Positions 53,362 through 64,000 of a DNA stretch of 64,000 bases are shown one piece after another. Position 1 is the first letter of the stretch, and each line of letters begins with the position of its first letter. Both the position numbers and the translations under genes were made by a program. The stretch covers positions 28,169,702-28,233,701 of the forward strand of contig NC_068993.1 of the NCBI RefSeq assembly GCF_001194135.2, written 5' to 3'. The stretch comes from Octopus bimaculoides. Its lineage: Eukaryota. Under the pieces are notes generated by a model. The model did not search any database, was not told the origin of the DNA, and saw only the letters and a list, made by a program, of their open reading frames with translations.

Positions 53362-55337
53362 TAGAGTGGAGTGAAAAATACAACTTTCAAAATTGGTAAC
53401 CAAGAATCGATATTTTGTTGCAAATTAGGGTTAAAAGAAAATTGTATAAAAAATCACCATTAAATACTTTTTCAGGCTTCACAACACAATTGAAAATTTT
53501 AAAAATCGTTATTTTTGGTTGAATTTTGGATTTCATGGATTATAAGTTGTAACATATACATATTTCTACATTGCAGAATGCAAAACAGTAAATATAGTAT
53601 CCTTAAGAGGTTGCATACCAAGTTTCAATACAATTGACTAATACCTTGAGGTTCCACATTGACTATAAAGAGAACGGGGGTGTGAACATCTCTCAAGTGC
53701 TGCTGCAGCAGCCATTGCATGTGGATGTACATCGTATGTTTGTGAAATTTTCTACTTTGTACCTTGACTTTAGGCCATTGTATTAAAATTAATGATTGTA
53801 TTAAATTTAGTGCTGTTTACATTTAGTGATGATTCATAATTCAATAACACATCATGATATTGAACACCCAATATTTGGTACTCTATGTGATCTTAGCGAG
53901 CAAGTTTTGCTAACTTACAATGACTTACTAAAATGTGTTTTATTTGAATGAGAAAAAGAAAATAATGTAGTTAAGAAAAATCCTTCAATTAAACAAATTG
54001 TCGAGATTGAAGCAGAAAAGATAATTCTTTTTTGGCAAAAGACATCTATCCCTTGTGTTATGGTTGAGTCAGTTAAGTATGTGATAAGTAGCTTGCTTAC
54101 CAACCACATGGTTCCGGGTTCAGTCCCACTGCGTGGCACCTTGGGCAAGTGTCTTCTACTATGGCCTCGGGCCGACCAAAGCCTTGTGAGTGGATTTGGT
54201 AGACAGAAACTGAAAGAAGCCCGTCATATATATGTATATATATATATATGTTTGTGTGTCTATGTTTGCCCCCCCCCCATCGCTTGACAACCAATGCTGG
54301 TGTGTTTACATCCTTGTAACTTAGCGGTTCGGCAAAAAGAGACTAATAGAATAAGTACTAGGCTTACAAAGAATAAATCCTGGGGTCGATTTTCTCAACT
54401 AAAGGCGGTGCTCCAGCATGGCCGCAGTCAAATGACTGAAACAAGTAAAAGAGAGAGTTTTATCTAAAGTACCAAGCATTACTAAAATCTCTGAAAAATA
54501 GAAAAAATATACCATCATTTCAGACAAAGTGTAATGTGTTTAAAAACAAAGCAACAAAAGATTTATTCGACTTAAAGGACTTCAAATTGAAAGGTAATGT
54601 AGCAATAATCAATTAGAATTGTTTAGTTTTAGTTATTTTGAACATAACAAACACTTAGCATTATGTCGTTTTAGGAATTTCTAAAACAACAAATCTTTGA
54701 CTGTTCCATTCTTTATTTGAAAGTGAGATGCTAATTCTCGTCTACGAAAAAGATTAATTGGCTTTATTACTGGAATGAAAAGGAATACACTGCAACAATT
54801 CGTATTATTTAGCTACATGGAATTATTTCAAATAGATTGGAAATGTTGATTATTTTTATCACCAAAATGTGTCAAGAATCAAAAATTGGTTTACACACAC
54901 TTTTATTCTAATGTGTATGTAATCTAGACCTCATGTAACACATATATTCAGTGACCTCGTATTAAAAATAATAAAGAAAACAAAGTCGAAAAGTCTGTTT
55001 ATTTCGCATAATTTCGAAATTTCAAGTATGTTGCAGAGCCTGAAGATATAAATTTTAGAGCTTAAGATTTTAACACTTTTGTTCTTAAAGGATTTTGCAA
55101 AAGAAAATCAAATTGTGACAGTGAATGTAAAAAATAAAATGAGGAACGATAAATATGTTATAAATTGATTTTTTGCTCATCATTCAAAATTTCAAGTGGG
55201 CTGCAGAGCTTGAAGATGTAAATTTAAGAACTTCAGATTTTAACGCAGTTGCTTTTAAAGGATTTCGCAATAAAAAATATATTCTTGAAAACATATTTTG
55301 AAAATCTGTGTAAAAGTACCTTTTTCACTCTACCCTA
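53362..55337. mobile_element. Non-autonomous hAT-like element nested in the maT transposase
   Basis: TIRs tagagtggagtgaaaaa / tttttcactctacccta (15/17); degenerate 8-bp TSD atgaacag / atggactg. Confidence 0.75.
54050..54456 (+). mobile_element. tRNA-derived SINE
   Basis: B-box-like ggttcagtcccactgcg, ggcaccttgggcaagtg core, internal (TA)n, purine-rich aagtaaaagagagag tail. Confidence 0.8.
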
Positions 55338-58300
55338 ATGGACTGTTCATGCAATGAAGGCCATATATGTTTCAGTAAGACTCTGCACCATCACACAAGG
55401 CTCAAGTAATGCAGGACTGGATGATTGAAAATTTTCATGATCACATAACTCCTAATATTTGGCCTCCCAATTCCCCAGAACTCAATTCATTGGATGTGTG
55501 GAGCGTTGAGAGAGAAGTCAATGAACATGCCCATAACACCAAAGATTCTTTGAAAGCCACCATATTCAGAGCAATGTCCAAAATGAACCAGGACCACTTG
55601 TTTCAAGCATGTAGACAATTTAGATCTTGTATAGAAGCAGTTATAGAAGCTGAACGTGGCTTTATTGAATAACATTATAGAAATGAAGGTTTATTTTTAT
55701 CCTCATAGTATTTTTTAATAAAGTTATTATCTATCTGTTTTTCTTATAAACATAAATCTGTCCTCAAATATCTTGCACACCCTGTATGTATGTTTGTATA
55801 TATATATATTTATATATATATGTATGTATATTTAACCATGTGACTTCCATAGGATTACAGCCATTTTGTAACCTTCTTCATGTAATATTAGTTTCTGTAT
55901 GGAAGAATGTATGCATACATAATCACACTAATACACATGCTTAGCATTATACAGTACATTTGTATATTCAGAAATTAATGCATTTAAATAAAGCTAGCTC
56001 ATCAGATCACCAACAATTCAATTCTAAATATACACACAAAATTTTCTCTTTATACATACGATGTATAGAAGGCCAAAACTGGACAAACTGATTTGGTTAG
56101 TAAAAAAAGTGTATGTATTGTTTCATATCAATTGTGAGATAGAGCTTTAAGAAATTGACACTCCTTAATTTAAAAGAAAAAAAGTAAAAGTGTTTTCTCT
56201 TTCGCTCTCTTTCTCATCTCTCCTCCCCCTCTATTTTCTCTCTGTCTTTCTATCTTCTACCTGTATTTGTCCTAACAAATAAATATAGAAGATTCTTACA
56301 TTTATTAGTTTAAAGGCCTATGTCAATAAACAACTGATGATTCAGAACTGTCCTGAATGCACATGCAGAGATAAATCTAAATGTCCTCTAGGGCAGGCAT
56401 GTGATATTTTTTTTAACTCCCAAAATGTTTAGTCAGTGCCCTCAGAGGAAATTTGTGTTGGAAACATAGAATTCCCTATTTGCTGACTAGGGAAATGCTG
56501 CCATCTCCAGATATCTTCAGTGGGCCTATTGTAGACATAACTGGCATCTGTTGAAAGGGGATAACTCTACCTTTTTGTAATGTTCGTAGTTGCATGAATT
56601 GTGGTTTTAAAGTCTGGTATATTATGTCCTCTATTAATTGACATCAGAATAGATATTAAATAACAAATTCAAAGACAAGTTGCAATTGACTGCAAGGAAG
56701 CATTTTCTAAAATTTGATACAGCAGACTGGTAGGATATTATCATTGTCAAAACATTACATAGAAAGTTTAGAAAAACCTGAAGACAGCATCACAAAAATT
56801 CTGGTTACAATTCTATTTAAATGTTAGTAAGATGCAAAGCATAATGTCAAGGATTCTGGTTTGAAATCAAAATGTTCTCACATCAAAGTCCCAGGTCACT
56901 CATAGCAAAGCTCTCCTCCCTTGGTACTTAGCGAGCCAAAACTTCCCATTTTATAGCCAATTAACAGATGCTAGGATAATCCATCACATTAAAGGTGTGG
57001 GCGGTCCAAGTAAAACTAAATGGATCCGACCATCACATGGTGAACCAAAATGGATAGTTAAAAGTAAAAAGCCACAAAGTTCAGAATTTTTTGTTTACAA
57101 AATTAACTGACCATGATTTTTTTCCTCCCTCCAATAGTAGAGAGGTTATGTGTCTCCAGTCATTTGAGCCTGATGAGTCAACTATACAGCTAAGTGTTTT
57201 ATTAGGTTCAAAACCAATGGTCACTCTCCGACTGGCCACAAAAAACAACTTTCTAAATATACACACACACACACACACACACACAATCATTACTTCCTGC
57301 AATCTGTCACTACATACATCAGTTGATTTTCTTATTTGTTCCAGTTTATATCCCTATCTCCAATGTTGTTATACTAGTTTACAACATTATCCCAACAGTA
57401 TTCCCTTAGTTTCCAACCCTTTCTCCAACATTATTATCCCAGTTTCTAACAGCACTTACTGCATAGTTACTGCTGTTTCTAGTCTCTCACAGTATTACTC
57501 CAGATTCTAACCCTATCTCACTCAGTATTATGCCAAATTTGAGCCCTATCTTCCACATTGTAATCCTATTTGCCTCAGTATTACCCCCAAGTTCTCACTC
57601 TAGATAACAAACATGCCTTCAGTTAACCTCTCGGAATATTACAAACTTAACTAGAAGTTGCAAGCTTTGTCAAATGGTTAAGAAGTTTACCTTGCAATCA
57701 TAAAGTGCTTGGTTTGAATCCCACAATGAATGACACCTTGGACAAGTGTCTCTTATTATAACCTAAATCTTGTGAGCAAAACTGGGTGGACAGAGTGTTG
57801 GAGCTCAATGAGTGCTGTACCTGTAATTCAGGCCACCAAGTTTTGTTTTATAACAAGGGTTATACTGATTATTCTGAATTATGATAAAAGTATAAATACT
57901 CAGTTACACTATAATATAACCAGTCTTTATTTCAGGGTAGGCTCAACAAACTGCCTTGACTTTTTAATCAGATTTTAAATATTACTCCTGTTATTTTTAT
58001 ATTACATATGTTTAGAAATTATTATATTTACTTCAATAATTTTGTTTTATTGAAATTTTTCTATTTTCAAAATTCTTAAAGAACTTACTTTAAGTACTCT
58101 CTGTGTGTGTAGGGTGATAGGGAGATGGGTTAGAGTATTGTATACTCAATACTACATGTAGAGTAGTATTATTTCAGAAATTGGAAATACAGATTTCAGT
58201 GACTGGTATTTTTATTTCAATTTGAAAAATCACAAGATGAAACTGTCAGTCAAGAAGATATATTCATTGTACAGTTTTGTAAGGAAGATATATTCATCAT

Positions 58301-58771
58301 ACAGCATTGCAATCTTCAGGCAAGATTACAGTGGCATGAAACTTGAGATACAAGATAAAAATTTATTTTCAATTAACTATATCCTCTATAACATGTATTG
58401 AATGCTCTCCTCTCATTTGTTTGACACAGTTTAATATACACACATACTCACACACACATAAATATATAAACTGTTGACATGTTCAACATGTATACATTGG
58501 AATATTCAACCACTTAGAGTATAATATAATACAATGAGTAGAGAGTTCCTTTAATTGAACAATTAGAATTACTAAACTGATGAAACCAATATCAATTTAA
58601 TCCCTGAGTCATTCCATGCACATTATTTTCTAACAATCTTCTATCATATCCCTCCTCCTCCTTCCATTTAGCATCTACCACCTCCACCTCATCTTCCTAT
58701 TGTACTTATCTACTAACCTATTTCAATATCTTAACCACCAACTCTACTACTGTTCCATTTCTCTCTCATAG

Positions 58772-58903
58772 TTGGTATTATAAAGACATCACTCGACAGT
58801 ATTGTGAGATGCTGCTGAAGAAGGATGGTCATGATGGTTGTTTCATGGTGCGTGATTCCACAACAAAAGGAAATGTCTACACTATCTCTGTTTATTGTAA
58901 AGA
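58772..58903 (+). CDS. TEC: Tec-family kinase exon: SH2 N-terminal half
   Basis: ctcatag|T TGG TAT...; (D)WYYKDITRQYCEMLLKKDGHDGCFMVRDSTTKGNVYTISVYCK with FMVRDS phosphotyrosine-binding motif; donor GA|gtaagt. Confidence 0.95.
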
Positions 58904-59759
58904 GTAAGTACCTCACAGTCTTCAAATAACTTCAGAAAATGAGTCTCAATTGTACTTTTTAAATCTTTTTTTTTTATGTATTTCTTTATCAGAGATATAA
59001 TTCCTTTCCTTTTACTTTTGTTGATGTTTGTCCTGCACCTCAGTCTCAAATGAAAGATCTTTCCACTGAAGATATGAAACTACTTCTGAAATATAGTTGG
59101 CAGGCAAAGAAGTTCACTTTGCAATCTGGTTCTCATTTCAGTCCCTTTTGGCAGATGTCATCAAACATAGCCTCAAATTTACCAGTGGATTTTGAGTGAC
59201 TGAAACTGTGTAAGAGGCTATAAATGTGTTTGTGTGTGTACATACATGTGTGTGGATGTAAAAAGTGGCCAGGCATGTGTCCACCCAAACACTTTTTTAA
59301 AGAAAAACTAAGATCAGATTCAGAATCATCTGGAAAACAAAAAAGAACAAAAGCACACTTTTTGCTCATTTGGGCCCAGAAAATTGCCTTCCTGCCTCCC
59401 TTAATTCTAATTATTCAAAGTATCCATGTGAAATTTTATATACTTTTTGATAATATTTTTCTGATAATTTAATAATTTTCATTGTGTCTGGGGAGAGTCA
59501 TTCTCTTTTAGTGCCTTACACACTCACCAGTTCGATTTCCACTCATTTACTTATTTATTTTTTCTAAAATTTTGGTTGCGTCTTGCAACCTTTTCAATAG
59601 TCGTTGACTCTGTCTGTTATCATAGCCACATTCTTTTTCTTTGTTTCTTTGTGCGTATGTGTGTGCATGAGTATACATATATGTATGTATGCATGTATGC
59701 ATCTCTGTGTATGCATATATATATTCTAGTTAGGACAAACTCTAGTAACTGTAGTGTAG

Positions 59760-60780
59760 AAACCGAGAGGAACATAATGGAGAGAATCCATCATGAAGCT
59801 AACTCCTTCCCCCAAAGTATCAAAGTAACTATAGTTTACCCCACTAGGCACCCTAACAATAGACTTCCTGTCCTTGGTACTAAGCTTTGGTTAGAGACTG
59901 TGAACAACAGAGTGCAGCTCCTCCACTCCTATTACATAAAACCCATAGCTTTGAAATATGTTGTTCACAAGAACTCAGCTTTGTTACACAACATGAAAAT
60001 CAGCATAATGATAGCAGACTTAGGATAATGAACAATGTGTCCCCACTATGCAAACCCTATGAAACAAAGAAACATGTACAGAACTTCATGCACTGCATGC
60101 AATTCTCTGGAAATGATCAGAAAGATAGGGTTCAGGTATACAGGGGAGCTAGAAAGAAGTTAGCATTATTTGTAATGAAACCAGTGGTACCTGCCCTAGA
60201 TATAGAAACAAAGACTGGAATAGAATACAAAGAGCTTGTAACAAAGCAAACAGGTGAACGTGTGGTACAAGACTGACAAATATCAAGGAGTGATGTTTGT
60301 AGAGGCCACAGCCCATGGAGAACTAGACTTAGGAAAGCTCTGAAAGAGGCCAAACTCAACATTAAGATCATTGAAAAGCCAGGGAGCTCCATCAGATCAC
60401 AACTATGTAGGATGTACCCCTTTGAGAATACTACATGCACCAATGATAACTGTATGGTATGTAAGATTAACCCTGGCATTAACTGTAGAACTAGAAGTGT
60501 AGTCTACAGCATAAGGTGCATAGAGAGTGATTGTAAAGACAAAAACATAAAGTACATAGGTGAGACATCTAGAAGCATTGCAGAGAGACTAAATGAACAT
60601 TTGAGACAATATGATGACAAAAAACAGTCCTCCATACTCTACCAACATGGAGCCACACTGGGTCAACTTGACATCCACATTTTATCCAAGCACCCGAAAC
60701 ACCCAACACTCTGACAAATACAGGAGTACATCCTCATAAATGAAACACCCCCAGTGCTAAATAGGAAGCATACATAGAAG
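59760..60780 (+). mobile_element. Penelope-like element 3' part (RT thumb + GIY-YIG)
   Basis: LPVLGTKLWL...YYIKP; CMVC...CRTRSVVYSIRC...YIGETSRSIAERLNEH. Confidence 0.85.
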
Positions 60781-60864
60781 GTAGTCATACCCCAATATCC
60801 CCAGTTTATATACACACGGGTAGAGTTGTTAGTAAGCTGTTATGTAGACGTGTATATATGTGTG

Positions 60865-60950
<86 letters not shown>

Positions 60951-61094
60951 GATATCAAGAGCTCTTACTGTGCATAAAAGCCACACGCTTTAATGGGAAA
61001 TCTAAAGTCAAACTACTTCAATAAGTATACACACACACTGACATCAAGGGAATAAAAACTAGGAGAAATTCCTTCAGTAAAAAAAAAGGTTTAG

Positions 61095-61157
61095 TCGTAT
61101 ACCATTAATGATTTCGTGGTCACTATGTATTACCATGTTCTCCCCTCATCAGTACGA
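61095..61157 (-). ncRNA. Hammerhead ribozyme motif (left-arm copy)
   Basis: TCGTA-CTGATGA-GGGG-(22 nt)-CCAC-GAAA-TCATTAATG-GTA-TACGA; 5-bp stem I, one mismatch in stem II. Confidence 0.75.
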
Positions 61158-61627
61158 ACATAACCAGGAAAAATAAATATATAAACATCTGTATGTACCA
61201 AATGAACACAGCACATCCAGTAGAGCATATACAAATGTTTACACTTATAAATCCAATTAAAGTTCATCTCACCACATGTGTATAATCGAAATAATTCTGG
61301 TTCAATATTTGTAAATAAAATATAAGGATAAAATCTATGTAAGACTTTATCGAGTAGCCAGTGTGTAAACCAATTAAGGAAAAAATTTAATACAAGGTAT
61401 CTAAGTTTTTACTTTATATAGATTTTATCCTTATATTTTATTTACAAATATTGAATCAGAATATATTCAGTGCTGAATTATTTCGATTATACACACATGG
61501 CAAGATGAACTGGGCAGAGATCCCTTTAATTGGCCTTATAAATGTAAACATTTGTATATGCTCTACTGGATGCATTGAGTTTGTTTAGCATGTACACAGA
61601 TGTTTATATATTTATTTTTCCCAGTTA

Positions 61628-61694
61628 TGTTCGTACTGATGAGTGGAGAACATGGTAATACATAGTGACCACGAAATCATTAATGGTATACAAC
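61628..61694 (+). ncRNA. Hammerhead ribozyme motif (right-arm copy, sense to the kinase pre-mRNA)
   Basis: CTGATGA 61636-61642, stem II GTGG/CCAC, GAAA 61673-61676, stem III ATCAT/ATGGT, GUA triplet 61686-61688, stem I GTA/TAC plus GTT/AAC. Confidence 0.8.
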
Positions 61695-61999
61695 TAAACC
61701 TTTTTTTATTGAAGAAATTTCTCCTAGTTTTCATTCCTTCAATGTCGGCGTATGTGTATACTTATTGAAGTAGTTTGACTTTAGAGTCCCATTAAAACAT
61801 GTGGCTTTTACACACAGTAATGGCCCTTGATATTATAATGTATTTTATATATAAAGGAAAAAATTCAATACCTTTTGGTTTACACACTGGCTACTCGATA
61901 AAATCTTATATAGATTTTATCCTTATATTTTATTTACATATGTGTGTGTATATACATATATATACATATATATATATATATATTAAAGGAATTAAAGGA

Positions 62000-62195
62000 A
62001 CTTTTTTATTATATGCATTTTGCTCCATTTATTCTTTATTATATCAATTCAAAATACATCACTTTAACATGGAATTTCTACCTTTTAACTAGGTATAATA
62101 TCCCAGCTTCTCTGTGAATTTTGCTACCCTGGTAACTATTAACATATTTACCTTATCGAAGTTTTTCAACTAAGATAATATAAATACATACATAA

Positions 62196-62235
<40 letters not shown>

Positions 62236-63640
62236 CAGTTGAATAAAGTTAAAACATGGTCTGGTTTTCATATTTTTTATTATGGTATTTTAACATTAGA
62301 AAAAATATTTTGTAATGCTCATAAAGTTAAATTAGCACTTTCATACACTGAATAATCATCAAACTGACAGTTGAGTCCTTGACAACTTTAGTACCTCTGA
62401 GAACGCTTCAACAAGCTGAATTTTTAGAATATGGTTTCGCCCAATCCACATGTAGCTTAAACAACACAGTTTGCCAGACGTACCAATATTCTGTAATTTG
62501 TTTATTTTCATATGCTAGAGATATTTTTTAACCCACATCATTAACTGGTTGTTATATTATTGCTGTTATTTCCGTTCAGAACAGGTTTGAACATTTTAAT
62601 AAACCATTAACTTTTATCAAATTTCTGCTTTTGCAATTCATATCTGTTTTTACAAAAATCTGTCCATTTTTTATTTTAATGGATCTACTGGTATGCATGT
62701 ATTGACACATTCCATATCTGTTATCATTACACTTGGATACCGTGAATGTTTCATCCTGTTTGTTCATGTTGAATTTTGCCTTTTGCTTAAGATACGTATT
62801 TGATTGGTTATTATGTTTTTCAATTTTTCACTTTGTTTTCTGATTGACAAATTTGTTTTGATGATGTTAAAAATGTTTTGGTGATGCAAATTGCATGTTA
62901 CTAGAAATAGGGTTCGTCTTTGTCATGTTGCCCTAAGTTGTTCTATAGGTATCTTTTTTTGCTCATTGTATGCTATTTTCTATAAGTAGGAGAAGGTAGT
63001 TTTACTTGAGCAGAAATCTTTTAAGTTCTATAAATTGTATGTTTCTGAGATTTGGATCCTTGACTATAGTACAAATTTTCCTGACTAGATAATATGGGAT
63101 GTTGCGTTTTGTGTGTGTTGGGTGGCATGATTTGAAATATAGGTACTGGTGTGTATCTGTGCTTTTGTAATAAATATCAGTTGTGATTATGATGTTGTTT
63201 TTAATTACCATTATGTCAAGAAATGGTAATTGTGTGTTGCTTATTTCTCTTGTGAATTTGAAACTAGGGTGTAGATGGTTGAGGAGGGTGCTGAATTCTT
63301 TCAGATTTTCTAGGGATTTGGTCCAAATTAGGAAACAATCATCAAGGTATCTTTTCCATGTGTCCTCTATATGTCTTTTAAAGGTCATGCCATAGTTCTC
63401 TTCAATTTGTTTTATATGTTTTGTTCCAAGTATCCCAATACTGAGTTCGCAAAAACCGGAGCAAATCGCATCTCCATAGCTGTGCCTTGAATTTGGAGGT
63501 AATTTTATCCATTGAAAAGGAATGTATTGTTTTCGAGGATGAGGCTGACCACATCTAGTATGAAGGTTACAGTAAATCTACTGGGTATCACTTCTCCATA
63601 TTTCTCAACCCAATCTTTTATGGCAGTAAGTCCCAAATCA
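62000..63640 (-). mobile_element. Penelope-like element, RT plus degraded GIY-YIG region
   Basis: WKRYLDDCFLIW, QLPFLDIMV, IYYKSTDTHQYLYFKSCHPTHTKRNIPY, and C.D.R...C...C.S.NLI motifs. Confidence 0.88.
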
Positions 63641-64000
63641 TGTGGAATGGTCATATATATATTCTATACACATTCACACAAATTTGAAACAAATTATATA
63701 TCCATTTACCTATATATATATATATAGATAGATAGATAAATGGATATGTAAGTAAGCAGATAGATAGGTACATACATAATACGGACAGACATTCACACAC
63801 ACACACATACACAAATGAAGACTGGAACGCATGACCATATACACACATGCACACTTCCTACACACACACAAGGACACATGGAGACACATATTCATACATA
63901 ATAGGTGCATGTACATAGTCACACAAACCCATACACATAGACACACTCAAATATGCACACACAGAGACAGAGGTACACACACAAATACATACAAACACAC

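Larger units (their letters stand above)
52636..55784 (+). mobile_element. maT/DD37D Tc1/mariner element interrupted by a nested hAT-like insertion
   Basis: 26-bp TIRs (21/26), TA flanks; FSDEKNF, MVLGVVS, FQ*DSAP-x-SPELNSLD with 37 residues between the last two Asp. Confidence 0.9.
60945..61839. repeat. Foldback with approx. 400-bp inverted arms (60945-61343 / 61414-61839)
   Basis: Arms align as reverse complements; 61850-61935 repeats part of the loop and arm end in inverted form. Confidence 0.92.

Noticed and set aside
59064-59085. CTGAAGA-TAT-GAAAC string
   Set aside because: No stem II or stem I; chance match

Overview
AT-rich, microsatellite-dense eukaryotic genomic DNA from a draft assembly with several N gaps. 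The repeat landscape looks like an octopus genome (inference, not proven). The only host gene I can support is the middle of a Tec/Btk-family non-receptor tyrosine kinase on the + strand. Five in-phase exons (19927-20064, 25839-25969, 50502-50566, 52411-52470, 58772-58903) encode the Btk zinc motif, a complete SH3 domain and the N-terminal half of the SH2 domain. PH exons were not found (upstream or in gaps) and the kinase domain lies downstream of the window. One SH3 intron is best explained as GC-AG. Almost everything else is intronic transposon debris: RTE-type and R4-type LINEs, several Penelope-like elements (PLEs), a short-LTR Ty3/gypsy remnant, Tc1/mariner elements (DD36E, DD37D, mariner-like), hAT elements with 8-bp target-site duplications, Helitrons, SINEs and foldback elements. 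Most notable: an approx. 900-bp foldback carrying two hammerhead ribozyme motifs (one sense to the kinase pre-mRNA), a 12.8-kb hAT-bounded nest with a perfect TSD, a DD36E Tc1 element, an RTE ending in three C2H2-like fingers, and a LINE family with a PHD-like finger inside its RT region. No bacterial-type system or CRISPR array is present.
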